A stretch of 64,000 nucleotides of DNA from positions 4,620 through 68,619 of IMG/VR virus record IMGVR_UViG_3300047322_000607; one strand, 5' to 3'. The position numbers and the translations under genes are program-made. The notes under the pieces are model-generated. The model was given only the letters and a program-made list of their open reading frames with translations. It searched no databases and was not told where the DNA came from. The DNA is from a virus. Shown in pieces: positions 9,836 to 19,565 of this stretch (within the stretch, counting starts at the first letter, position 1; each line of letters begins with the position of its first letter).

Positions 9836-11638
9836 ATGCCGAACCCGAACCTCTCCTCTGGTCAGGTCGTTCCCGGCTTTTTCGGCTATGTCGACTATGA
9901 CGCGCAGGGCGCCGGCAGCGGCCCCGACAATCGTTGCTTGCTCTTCGGGTATATCAGCGGGAGCGCGCAGCGGACGCCGAATCAACCCTTCCTCCCGGCC
10001 TCGCAGCAGGAGGCCGACGACGGAGCCGGTCGCGGCTCCGACCTGGCCAACTGGTACGCCGCGGCGGTCTCGCAGCCGGAGGCGCAGGGCGCCGAGATCT
10101 GGCTGCTACCGCTCCCGGCGCCGACCGGGACCGCGGCGACCTACAAGCTCACGATCTTGGGGTCCCCGACCAAAGCGGGCGTGATCCAGCTGTGGATCCG
10201 GTCGCAGAAGGCCCCGGCGGTCTCCTTCGCCACCACCGACACCCAGAGCACCATCGGGACGGCGCTCGCCGCGGCGATCGCCAGCATGAAGGATCTTCAG
10301 GTCACCAGCGCGATCAGCGTTTCGGGGGTGATCACCATCACCTACCTGCACACCGGGACCACCGGCGAGGACTTCCCGATCCGCGGCAACATCACGCCGA
10401 CCGGCAGCGGGATCAACCTCTCCCTGGGGAGCCTGGTCTTCGCCACCAACGCGACCGGCGCCGGATCGGTGAAGGTCAGCTTCGGCGCGCTCTCGGTCTC
10501 GACCGCGCTCGCCGGCGCCGAGACTCCCGCGCAGATCGCGACCAAGGTCGTGGCCTCCTTCAACGCCGACACCTACCCGATGACCGCGCAGATCGGCGGC
10601 ACGAGCTCCACGGTCGACCTGCTCATGGCCAACGACTACGACGTCCGGCGGATCTCGGCGTCGATCATCACCACCACCGGGACGACCGTCACCCTCACCG
10701 GCGGAAGCGCCACGGACGGCACCGGGAGCGCCTCGAGCTTCACCTACAACGGCGCGCAAGGGGTCGGGGCGCCCGTGCTGACCTCGGCGCTTACCAACCT
10801 GGTCGCGCGCGACTCCTATCGTTCCTGGGCAGCCCCGTGGATGGATGCGGCGACCGTCGGGACCCTGGCGACCTCGATCGAGCTCCAATCGAATGGATCG
10901 CTCACCGGTCAGAAGCAGCAGATCTTGACGCTCTGCGGCTACTCGGCGGCGAGCGTCGACGGGGCGCTCGCCCCGGCCTGCTCGCCCGACCTCACCCAAA
11001 CCGGCCCGCGCTACGCGATCTTGAACGCGCAGGATGTTCCGGTCGCCGGGATGGAGATCGCCGCTCGGGTCGCCGCGGCGCGCGCCGGCACCTGGATCGA
11101 CAAGCCGAACAAGAATTGGAACGGCTTCAAGATCCAGGGCTCGGTACGCGCCCCGATCCTCCTTCCCCCTTCGAAGACCTCGATCCTCGCGCAGAATCAG
11201 GCGCTCGTGACCTACGCGCTCGCCCCGGTCGTCCGCGGGAAATCGGGCTACATGGAGATCGTCAAGGGGCGCTCGACCTCGCTCGCGGTCGACAAACGGC
11301 TATGGGCGTGGAGCTCGGAGTCGCAAGCCGCTTTCCACATCCTGGATCTGCACAACCGGTATGCGGAGCGGTTCAGCGAAGCGAGCCTCGTCCGGTTCAG
11401 CGAGCCGAAGGCCCCGGGCCTGTTCGACTCCGGCGCGGTCGAGTTCGCCACCATCGAAGCGATGAAGGCGTGGGAGCTCGCCGGCCACTACGACGGCGCC
11501 GACATCCTGGCTCCGGCGGTGAAGACCACCATCGACCCGAACAACCCCTTCCGGTTCAACACCGAGTTCCCGGAATCGCCGGTGCTCGACCTGGATCAGA
11601 TCGTTTTCACGTCGCATTTCTCGTCGCCGGGCCAGTAG
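9836..11638 (+). CDS. Contractile tail sheath protein (Mu gpL-like)
   Basis: 600 aa. VPGFFGYVD start, GRGSDLA motif, C-terminal DPNNPFRFN..P..LDQI. Confidence 0.9.
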   Translation: MPNPNLSSGQVVPGFFGYVDYDAQGAGSGPDNRCLLFGYISGSAQRTPNQPFLPASQQEADDGAGRGSDLANWYAAAVSQPEAQGAEIWLLPLPAPTGTAATYKLTILGSPTKAGVIQLWIRSQKAPAVSFATTDTQSTIGTALAAAIASMKDLQVTSAISVSGVITITYLHTGTTGEDFPIRGNITPTGSGINLSLGSLVFATNATGAGSVKVSFGALSVSTALAGAETPAQIATKVVASFNADTYPMTAQIGGTSSTVDLLMANDYDVRRISASIITTTGTTVTLTGGSATDGTGSASSFTYNGAQGVGAPVLTSALTNLVARDSYRSWAAPWMDAATVGTLATSIELQSNGSLTGQKQQILTLCGYSAASVDGALAPACSPDLTQTGPRYAILNAQDVPVAGMEIAARVAAARAGTWIDKPNKNWNGFKIQGSVRAPILLPPSKTSILAQNQALVTYALAPVVRGKSGYMEIVKGRSTSLAVDKRLWAWSSESQAAFHILDLHNRYAERFSEASLVRFSEPKAPGLFDSGAVEFATIEAMKAWELAGHYDGADILAPAVKTTIDPNNPFRFNTEFPESPVLDLDQIVFTSHFSSPGQ

Positions 11639-11670
11639 ACGCCCCGTCACCCACACCAGGAGCCTGAACC

Positions 11671-12036
11671 ATGGCGGAGATCTTTGGTCTGACCACCGTC
11701 CGGATCAACGGGACGTATGAAGTAGACGTCAAAAACGCTCGTTGGGACGTGAAGCGACCGACCCCGCAGTTCAACACTCCGGGGGGCGTCCGCACCGCGA
11801 CCGGGCAGGAGATGCCGAGCGGGAGCTTCGACGAAGTGATCCCGAAGCAGGGCGCGCGCGATTGGCGAGCTCTGCGGAATTTCTCGGTCGAGATCCTCGA
11901 CCAGGAGACCCGGAAGATCACGGTCTTCGCCGCGCTCCGCTGCAACTGGGGATCGCTCGGCGGCTCGTCCGACCTGCAGGGCGCCAACACCAGCAAGGCG
12001 GTTGCGTGGGTCGGCGAAGAGGTCAGCAAGGTCTAG
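11671..12036 (+). CDS. Tail tube protein
   Basis: AGGAG RBS. 121 aa, beta-rich, immediately after the sheath. Confidence 0.75.
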   Translation: MAEIFGLTTVRINGTYEVDVKNARWDVKRPTPQFNTPGGVRTATGQEMPSGSFDEVIPKQGARDWRALRNFSVEILDQETRKITVFAALRCNWGSLGGSSDLQGANTSKAVAWVGEEVSKV

Positions 12037-12111
12037 CACTCCATCGGCGGCGCGCCGAGCTCCCCAAGTTCCCCCGCAGTTCAACCCCTCGACCCCAGCG
12101 AGGCCCACCTG

Positions 12112-12639
12112 ATGCCCATCAAGCTTGGCGATTTCTTCGCCTCGGCGCCGACCGCGCGACCGATCAATCCCAAACCCGTCACCTTCACATGCTCGGCGAA
12201 GGGCCCCGTCCTTCCCGGAGGGACCGCGAACCCGGGCGGGCGAGCCGTCGGGGCGACCGTGACCGGTGCGCTCGTGTTTCTCGGCGGCGATGGCGCCGAA
12301 GAGTCGCGGATCTACGCTCGCCGGGCGCTGCGGGAGCTGTACGTCGACGAAGAGAAGCGGCCGCTCGAGACCGACGAAGAAGACCTTCAGATCGAGACCG
12401 CCTATCAAGAGGTCTGGCGCTTCCTGTACGAGTGGAACGCCGATGAAAAGAAGGTCGGGGAGCGCCTCTTCGATACCGTCGACCTGCTGCGGAAGATGGT
12501 GCAGCCGACGGAGATCGGCCGGCTGAAGGCGGCTTATCGCGCCTACGTCGACGACCAGCACCCGGAGGTGGTGCCGGACAAGCCGTTTCAAGATGCTACA
12601 GGCGGAGGCGCGCCAGTGGCTGCAAAGAAATCCCGCTGA
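12112..12639 (+). CDS. Tail assembly chaperone (G)
   Basis: Between tube and tape measure genes. Confidence 0.7.
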   Translation: MPIKLGDFFASAPTARPINPKPVTFTCSAKGPVLPGGTANPGGRAVGATVTGALVFLGGDGAEESRIYARRALRELYVDEEKRPLETDEEDLQIETAYQEVWRFLYEWNADEKKVGERLFDTVDLLRKMVQPTEIGRLKAAYRAYVDDQHPEVVPDKPFQDATGGGAPVAAKKSR

Positions 12640-12805
12640 CGGCTGGCGCCTTCGGGCCAGCATGCGAACCAATCCATGGACCGGCATCCTCGAGGATGAC
12701 CTCGAGCGCTTCTTTCTGAGGCCGGCCCACAAGGTGAGTAGCGCCGATATTTGGCGCTGGCGCGCGTGCTGTAACGCGCAGCGCGAGCTCGACGGGGAGA
12801 CCTGA
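12587..12805 (+). CDS. Tail assembly chaperone frameshift extension (GT-like)
   Basis: Overlapping +1-frame ORF ending 4 nt before the tape measure ATG. CCG TTT CAA at 12583-12591. Confidence 0.55.
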   Translation, partial: FKMLQAEARQWLQRNPADGWRLRASMRTNPWTGILEDDLERFFLRPAHKVSSADIWRWRACCNAQRELDGET

Positions 12806-12809
12806 ACCG

Positions 12810-14576
12810 ATGGCCGACGCGAAAGTTACAGTCGGCGCGGATGCGAGCGCCGCGGAACGAGCGGCCGCGGTCGTCAAAGCGGCGTGGAAAGACGCCGGCG
12901 CGGCGATCACTTCGTCGATCGGCAGTGCGGCATCGTCGGTTATCAACGACCTGGCGAACGTCGCGACGGCGGCCGGGAAGGTCAACTTCTCCTCGCAGCG
13001 GGAGCAGGTAAAGGAATTCGAGGGATCGACCGCCCGAATGGCGACCTCCGCCGATCGGGACCTCGAGCAGTTTCGGAGCGGCCTCGAGCGCACCGGCAAG
13101 GAGATCGGCAAGAAGCCGGGCGAGGTCGCGGCCTGGACGTCGGAGGTCGGGAAGCTCACGCACTCCTACGTGGGCGCCGGCGAGGCGCTGAAGGGGATCT
13201 CCGGTCTCGCCGCGTTGACCGGGCGCGGGGTCGACGAATACAAGGGTCTCGCCGCGACCCTCGGAACGGTTGGCCACGTCGCCGGCGACACCACCCACGC
13301 GATCGGCGTACTGACCGCGCAAGCCGATGCGATGGGGGTCCGGGGCGGGATCGATGCCTTCGCCGGCCAGGTCGAGGCGCTGCAGGACGTGATCGGACGC
13401 TTCGCGGTGAAGAGCGAAGCCGACCTCCTGAAGGTCACCGGCGCCGCGGCGATGCTGGGGCGCGGCCTGGGCGGCGCGGCCGCGCAGCGGGTGCAGCAGC
13501 AGGCGCTCGGCGCGGTCGCGAACGACCCGCTCCGCTGGGAGCGCTTTCTCGGGCACTCGATCACCGACGAGCACGGGCAGGTCGCCGATCCGGCCCAAGT
13601 GCTGAAGGAGATCACCGAGAAGACCAAGAAGCGCTACGGCAAGCAGGCGCGGCGCGTGCTCGAGCTGAACTTCGGCGCCGAGACCGGCGCGGCGCTCTTC
13701 GGCGCGGATTTCAACGCGGCAACGGCGGCCGGCGCGCTCCCCCCATCGTCCCGGGCGGCCGACGCGCAAAAGAAGTTTCTCGCCACCGACGCCGGTCAGC
13801 GCGGGGTCGCGGAGGCGGAGCTCGCCACCTCGGCGCGCTCGCTCCTCGGCTCCTCGACCCTACTCGGGAAGGCGGCCGACAGCCTGCAGAAGTTCAGCGC
13901 CTCGAGCCCGATCATCGGGACCCTGATCGCCACCGCGACCGGAAACACGCTCTCTACCTTCATGTCCCGATTCGGCACGACCCTTTCCACCCTCATGGGC
14001 GGCAAGGGCAACGGCGGCGCGGTCGGCGGCGCGCTCGACGTGGTCGGCAAGGGCAACGGCGGCGCCGGTGCAGCGCTCGGAAAGGCTGGCCTAGTCGCCG
14101 CGGCCGCGCTCGGCGGCTACGAAGCCGGGACCGCGCTCGACGAATGGCTGCACATTTCGGATCGAGCGGTCGGGGTCGGTGGTCACGGCGGCGCGCGGTC
14201 GATCGAAGAGGACAACGCGCAGGCGGACGTCGTTTCGAACCGTACCCTCGCGATGCGCCGGCTCATGCAGCAGCGGGCGAACGCGGCGCTCCATGGGGTC
14301 GACCTGCAGGGCGCCGAGCGGGGCGCGGCGGTCAACGCGACCCAACGGGTGATCCAGGCGAACAGTGCGCTCGCCGGCGGCGGCGCGCCGCTGGTCGCCG
14401 CGCTGGTCGCCGAGCTCCGCAAGAGCGGGAAAGACCAGGTCGACGCCGACCGGATCGCGAAGGCGGTCGAGCTCGGCTTCAAGAATGTGAAGCTCACGGT
14501 CAGCAACGCCTCGGCGACGCCGGTCGAGGTCGCCGCGCATGGAGCGAAGAGCGCCGCGGCCGGGAGTCAGAAATAA
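12810..14576 (+). CDS. Tape measure protein
   Basis: 588 aa, Ala/Gly-rich and helical, correct synteny. Confidence 0.85.
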   Translation: MADAKVTVGADASAAERAAAVVKAAWKDAGAAITSSIGSAASSVINDLANVATAAGKVNFSSQREQVKEFEGSTARMATSADRDLEQFRSGLERTGKEIGKKPGEVAAWTSEVGKLTHSYVGAGEALKGISGLAALTGRGVDEYKGLAATLGTVGHVAGDTTHAIGVLTAQADAMGVRGGIDAFAGQVEALQDVIGRFAVKSEADLLKVTGAAAMLGRGLGGAAAQRVQQQALGAVANDPLRWERFLGHSITDEHGQVADPAQVLKEITEKTKKRYGKQARRVLELNFGAETGAALFGADFNAATAAGALPPSSRAADAQKKFLATDAGQRGVAEAELATSARSLLGSSTLLGKAADSLQKFSASSPIIGTLIATATGNTLSTFMSRFGTTLSTLMGGKGNGGAVGGALDVVGKGNGGAGAALGKAGLVAAAALGGYEAGTALDEWLHISDRAVGVGGHGGARSIEEDNAQADVVSNRTLAMRRLMQQRANAALHGVDLQGAERGAAVNATQRVIQANSALAGGGAPLVAALVAELRKSGKDQVDADRIAKAVELGFKNVKLTVSNASATPVEVAAHGAKSAAAGSQK

Positions 14577-15662
14577 ATGGCCATTCCACCGCCCCCCGAT
14601 GCCGCGCCGCAGTCCTTCTCTTTCGCCGGGAAGGCCTACGATTCGATCCTGATCCGGTTCTCCGGCCACAACAAGCGCCGGCTCGTGTCGCAAGAATTCT
14701 TGAACCGCGCCGGCGGCCGGGTCGAGGATCGGGAAGCAGCGCAGCGGCGGCTCGACGTCGCGATGGTCTTCACCGGGCCCAGCTGCGCGACCGACTACGC
14801 GACCTTTCGGCAGTCGGTGCGGGACAACCCTCGAGGCCTGCTCACCCACCCGATCGCCGGGCAGTGGGCGGCATTCTGCGAAGGACCGGACGAAGAAGTA
14901 GACTTTTCGCAGGCGCTCGACCGGATCGCGGTGAACGTCGGCTTCCTCGAGGATGAACTAGACGCGCAAGCGTCGATCGTCGACGTCCCGGATGTCTCTT
15001 CGGCGGCCCAAACCGCGACCACCACCAGCAGCAGCATGCAGCAGGCGGTCGCCGAATTCATGGGGGCGATCGCGAAGGCGCAGGGCGTAGTCGCCGAGGT
15101 TCAGAACAAGATCGACGATGCGCTCGCGCAGGTCGCGCTCGTGTCCGCGCCGATCGACTTTCTGCGCGACACCATCCGATCGGCGGCCGGAGTCGAATCG
15201 TCGATCGTCGGGACGATCACCGGGATCGCCACGGCCGGCGACCTGCTCGCGCAGGAGGTCGACGACTACGTGACCAGCGCCGCGGCGGCCTTCAACGGAA
15301 ATGACACCGTCGCCGGCTTCTCGACCTCGACGGCATCCAAGCTCGACACCGTCGCGACGACGGCGCTCGCGCTCGAGGAGCTCCTGATGACGGCCTCGCC
15401 GACCCCGGCGGGAAGCGCGGACGCGGTCGGAGGGGTCGAGGAAACCCTCGCGGCCTGCTACGTGCTCGACGCGGCAGTGAAGGCGGCGAAGCCTCCGCTC
15501 GTCGACTTCATCGTTACCCGGGTGATCGACGTGATCAGCTTGGCGACGCAGCTCTACCCGGGCCAGGACCCGCTACCACGCGCCGCGGAGATCATGGGGC
15601 TGAACCGGATCCCGAACCCGGCAGCGATCCGGCCTGGTGTGATCCAGGTCTTCGAAAAGTAG
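14577..15662 (+). CDS. DNA circularisation protein (Mu gpN-like)
   Basis: QEFLNRAGGRVED..GLLTHPIAG N-terminal domain. C-terminal LATQLY..RAAEIMGLNRIPNP. Confidence 0.8.
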   Translation: MAIPPPPDAAPQSFSFAGKAYDSILIRFSGHNKRRLVSQEFLNRAGGRVEDREAAQRRLDVAMVFTGPSCATDYATFRQSVRDNPRGLLTHPIAGQWAAFCEGPDEEVDFSQALDRIAVNVGFLEDELDAQASIVDVPDVSSAAQTATTTSSSMQQAVAEFMGAIAKAQGVVAEVQNKIDDALAQVALVSAPIDFLRDTIRSAAGVESSIVGTITGIATAGDLLAQEVDDYVTSAAAAFNGNDTVAGFSTSTASKLDTVATTALALEELLMTASPTPAGSADAVGGVEETLAACYVLDAAVKAAKPPLVDFIVTRVIDVISLATQLYPGQDPLPRAAEIMGLNRIPNPAAIRPGVIQVFEK

Positions 15663-15665
15663 GCC

Positions 15666-17024
15666 ATGGCCAACAGCGACCCCGCGACCTCGCCGCGCTG
15701 CTCAAAAATGCGGCTGAAGGTGCCGTCGTCGGACGGTCAGACCCTCACGATCACCTCGGATCCGAACATCGCGCCGAGCCTCGCCGGGAACATCTTCCCG
15801 GCCAAGGAGTGGGCGATCACCGACGATGTCATGAACGTTTCGGATGCGGCTTCAGTGAGCATCGCCAACGACAACGGCGAAGTGAGCGGCCTCTTCCAAG
15901 ATGGTCAGAAGGTGGTGCTCGAGGAATCGGATCCGGACGTCGCGAACGGGCAATGGATCCAGCAATTCACCGGGCGGATCGTCGGGACCGAGAGCTACAG
16001 CGACCAGGCCGGCGGGTCGAACATCATGCTCTCGATGATGGATCTCGGTTGGCACCTCACCAGCTGCGACGCCGAGCCGCTGAAGCAGATCAAAAATAAG
16101 AAGTTCGTCGAGCTCCTCAAGATCTTGATCGATCCAAGCTGGGGACTTGCACCGACCACCCGGATCAACAGCCTGGCGCGCGCGCTCGGTCTGCCGAACC
16201 CGGGAGCGCTCTCGCTCGGCGACGCGCTCGGCGAGGCGATCATCACCAGCAACGATTTGAACCGGCGAATCAAACACGGCCGGCAAATCATCATGCAGAA
16301 TTTCAAGCCGCAGCTGGGCGCGGTGCTCCCGTTCATCCAGATCGAGCCGGGTCAGAAGCCGCTCGACATCCTGAAAACCTATTGCGCCCGCATGGGCTGG
16401 CTGCTGAACGTCGGCGCGCAGGGGGAGATCATCTTCTTCCGGCCCCGGTTCGATACCGACCCGCTCTATACGCTGCACTTCCATTCGACCAGGGCGGAAG
16501 AGCGGACCCGGAACAACATCATCGGGCGGCCGACCATTCGAACGTCGCTCGCCGAGCGCTATTCGGAGGTGCAGACCTGGTCAACGGTGGTGATCCCGCC
16601 GGAGATCCAGAATACGGAGAACCCGAACGAGATGTATCGGCACTCTTCGGTGAAGGCCTCGCCGAACCCGGTCCCGTTCTTCCGGCGGCACATCGTCAAC
16701 GACGGCGAAGCGATCAACGACCAACTGCGGAAGAACCGGGCGACGTGGGAGATGCAACTCGGGATGTTCAACGCCGAGACCTACGAAGCGGAGTTTCCGG
16801 CTCACTCGCAGGACGGAGCGAAGTTCGTCTCCGACACGATGATCAGCATGAACGACACGATCCACAAGTGGGAGGGCGCGCATTACGTCTCGTCGGTGCA
16901 CCGCTCCGACACCTTGCGCGACGGCCCGCGATCGCGGCTCACCATCCACCGGCCGGGCCTGCTCAACCCGGAATTGACCGCGCTCGACGTGGGCGGCGGC
17001 GCGCGAAAGGCTCTCGGAAAATGA
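15666..17024 (+). CDS. Baseplate hub (Mu gpP/gp44-like)
   Basis: QQFTGRI..MDLGWHLTSC..IEPGQ..ERYSEV, plus synteny. Confidence 0.8.
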   Translation: MANSDPATSPRCSKMRLKVPSSDGQTLTITSDPNIAPSLAGNIFPAKEWAITDDVMNVSDAASVSIANDNGEVSGLFQDGQKVVLEESDPDVANGQWIQQFTGRIVGTESYSDQAGGSNIMLSMMDLGWHLTSCDAEPLKQIKNKKFVELLKILIDPSWGLAPTTRINSLARALGLPNPGALSLGDALGEAIITSNDLNRRIKHGRQIIMQNFKPQLGAVLPFIQIEPGQKPLDILKTYCARMGWLLNVGAQGEIIFFRPRFDTDPLYTLHFHSTRAEERTRNNIIGRPTIRTSLAERYSEVQTWSTVVIPPEIQNTENPNEMYRHSSVKASPNPVPFFRRHIVNDGEAINDQLRKNRATWEMQLGMFNAETYEAEFPAHSQDGAKFVSDTMISMNDTIHKWEGAHYVSSVHRSDTLRDGPRSRLTIHRPGLLNPELTALDVGGGARKALGK

Positions 17025-17647
17025 ACTTCTCCGCCGAGCTCGCCGACCTTCGGAAGTGGGTCGAAAACAAGCTCACCCTTCACACGGCGACGCTCTTCGG
17101 CTGGACCCTCACGGCGAAAAGCTCGGAGATGGGCGACACCGACCAGGCGGAGACCGCCGACGGCGAGAAGGGTCAACGCCCCGTGCGTCGGATCGAGCCG
17201 TGGGGGCACCGCGGCCGGGCGCCATCCAAGATCCGGAGTTTCTGGATCCGCCTGGGGTCTTCGAACGTGCTCTTCGTCGGGATCGCCCCGTCGAAGGGCT
17301 ACGGGCCGAACGACCTCGAGGAGGGCGAGACCGCGATCTACTCGGCGAAAAACCCGGAAGTGGTGCGCGCGAAATCGGACGGTACGACGGCGATCACCTC
17401 GAGCAATTCGAAGCCGCTAACCCTGAACGGCGACGGCCACCCGCTCCCGAAATTCGACACCTACGAAGCGGCGGAGAAGACCTTTCTAGCCGCGCTCGAC
17501 ACCCTCCTGAATTCCGGGATGGTGGTCGCTGGCGCTGCGGCGTCCTTCTCGCCGGCGAACCTCGCGACCTTCGAAGCGGCGAAGACCGTTTTCTTCAACG
17601 GTCTATCCGGCCACACCTACGAATCGACCGACGTCAAAAACGATTAG
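17021..17647 (+). CDS. Baseplate spike (Mu gp45-like)
   Basis: ATGA overlap with the hub gene. VRRIEPWGH..DLEEGETAIYS motif. Confidence 0.8.
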   Translation: MNFSAELADLRKWVENKLTLHTATLFGWTLTAKSSEMGDTDQAETADGEKGQRPVRRIEPWGHRGRAPSKIRSFWIRLGSSNVLFVGIAPSKGYGPNDLEEGETAIYSAKNPEVVRAKSDGTTAITSSNSKPLTLNGDGHPLPKFDTYEAAEKTFLAALDTLLNSGMVVAGAAASFSPANLATFEAAKTVFFNGLSGHTYESTDVKND

Positions 17648-17656
17648 GGGGCGACG

Positions 17657-18058
17657 ATGGCCGACAACTCCCCGCTTCCACCGCCGGGCCCGAAGCTCGA
17701 CATCACCCTTGGAAACCGCAACCCGGCGACCGGGCGCTTCAACTTCGTGCGCGGCGCGGACGGCGATGTCTCCTTCGATGCGACGCAGCAGCACGCGGTC
17801 GTGACCTCGGCGCTCGAGGACAAAAACGCCTATTGGGCCGACTTCAACCACGGCAGCGACTTGCACACCCTCGAGTCGATCAACGCGCGCACCGAGTCGC
17901 AAGCCGAGGCGATGGTGCTCGACGCGGAAGCGCCGCTCGTACAGGCGAACATCGTCTCGAGCTTGACCGCGACGGCGGTCCCGGATCGGCAGCATGGGCG
18001 ACTCGGGATCGACGTCCACTATAAGACGCCGGCGGGCGCGCAGAAGGTGAGCCTCTAG
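17657..18058 (+). CDS. Baseplate wedge protein (Mu gp46-like)
   Basis: AVVTSAL..YWAD..GSDLHTL motif. Confidence 0.8.
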   Translation: MADNSPLPPPGPKLDITLGNRNPATGRFNFVRGADGDVSFDATQQHAVVTSALEDKNAYWADFNHGSDLHTLESINARTESQAEAMVLDAEAPLVQANIVSSLTATAVPDRQHGRLGIDVHYKTPAGAQKVSL

Positions 18059-18059
18059 G

Positions 18060-19562
18060 ATGTCGACCCCGACCCGCAGCTTCGCGCAGATGCTCCGGCG
18101 CGGCCTCGCGCACTTTCGGACGTCCTTCCGCGGCTTCCCGATGGGGCTGAAGAACTTTCTCGGGCAGGTCGCGCGGGCGGTCGTGCTGGTGGTCTTCGGC
18201 CTTCAGAAGAGCGTCGAGGACGTCGACCGTAACATCGTGCCTTCGGCCGATTCGGACGATGACACGCTGACCAGCTTCGCCGAGCTGATCGGTCTCCCGG
18301 ACGGTCAGGGCGGCCTCGGGCGCCTGAAGCCGACCAAGGCGAGCGGCGGCGTCGCAACGCTGACCGGCGTCATGGGCACCATCTACCCGAACGGAGCGAC
18401 CGCCACCGCCGAGGATGGCGTGACCACGGTCGAGCTCTCCGGGGGGGTCACCATCCCGGGATCGCCCCCAGGATTCGGATCGGTAGTGGGCAAGTTCGTT
18501 GCGGTCACCGCCGGGACGGTCGGGAACCTCGGCGTCGGCTCCTTGCTGACCTGGACGAGCCCACCGGCCGGCGCGGATTCGACTTTCCTCCTCACCGAGC
18601 CGTTGGAAGGCGCGATCGACCTCGAGAGCAACGCCGACGTTTTCAAGCGGATCGTCGAGCGCCTGCAGGATCCACCGCGGGGCGGAGTCGACACCGACTA
18701 TCAGTTTTGGGCCCAGCTCCCGGGGGTCTTCTTCACCTACGTCTATCCGCTGCGCTCCGGGACCGGGTCGGTCGACCTGGTGATCACCGCGGCCGGTAGC
18801 GGGATCGGGAGGGTCCCCTCGAGCGCCGTCAAGGCCGAGGTCGAGGCGGCGATCCTCAAGCTGCGGCCGGTCGCGGCCTCGGCGGTCAACGTCCTTCTCG
18901 CGGTCACCACCTCCGGCCACCTGGTGCGCGTCCGGGTCACGGTGAGCAGCGAGAAGTACGCCTTCGACTGGATCGACACGGCCGGCGGCCCGTTCACGGT
19001 CGACGCCGGCGGCTATGCCGCGGGCCCACCGGCGACCCTCCGGTTGAATACCATCGCCCCGGCATCGCTGAAGGCGGCGATCGACGCCTACAAGGCGGCG
19101 CCGACGAGCGTGCTCGCTCCGCGGCTCCAAGTGCTCTCGACCGGGTCGGTGATCAACCCCCCGATCCATGCGGTCGACTACGTCGACGGCGGCGGGAAAA
19201 CGACGCTCACCCTCGAGTCCATTCCGGCCGACTGGACGGCGCCGAGCAACGGAAATTCCGTGTACGCCTACGGCCCCGTGGTCGCGACCATCGCGGCCGG
19301 GATCCTGGCGCTCTGCGACGGCCTGGGACCATCGAGGATTTCCGGCTTCGGCGACCTGATCCAGCCGTGGACCGACATCCTCACGATCGCCGGGATCATC
19401 GCCGTTGCTGAGAATGCCAGCGACACCGATGGAACCCGGTTGATCTCGAACGTCCCGGTCGGAGAGGCGACGATCGACGGCTTCGCGGCCGACGTGCAGG
19501 GCGCCGACAACAGCACGGCGCCGGAGCTCCTCTTTCTCTCGCACGTCGCGGTCACTCAGTAG
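18060..19562 (+). CDS. Baseplate J-like protein (Mu gp47)
   Basis: AVTAGTVGN..ESNAD..PPRGGVDTDYQFWA..YVYPLRSGTGSVD. Confidence 0.9.
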   Translation: MSTPTRSFAQMLRRGLAHFRTSFRGFPMGLKNFLGQVARAVVLVVFGLQKSVEDVDRNIVPSADSDDDTLTSFAELIGLPDGQGGLGRLKPTKASGGVATLTGVMGTIYPNGATATAEDGVTTVELSGGVTIPGSPPGFGSVVGKFVAVTAGTVGNLGVGSLLTWTSPPAGADSTFLLTEPLEGAIDLESNADVFKRIVERLQDPPRGGVDTDYQFWAQLPGVFFTYVYPLRSGTGSVDLVITAAGSGIGRVPSSAVKAEVEAAILKLRPVAASAVNVLLAVTTSGHLVRVRVTVSSEKYAFDWIDTAGGPFTVDAGGYAAGPPATLRLNTIAPASLKAAIDAYKAAPTSVLAPRLQVLSTGSVINPPIHAVDYVDGGGKTTLTLESIPADWTAPSNGNSVYAYGPVVATIAAGILALCDGLGPSRISGFGDLIQPWTDILTIAGIIAVAENASDTDGTRLISNVPVGEATIDGFAADVQGADNSTAPELLFLSHVAVTQ

Positions 19563-19565
19563 CCC

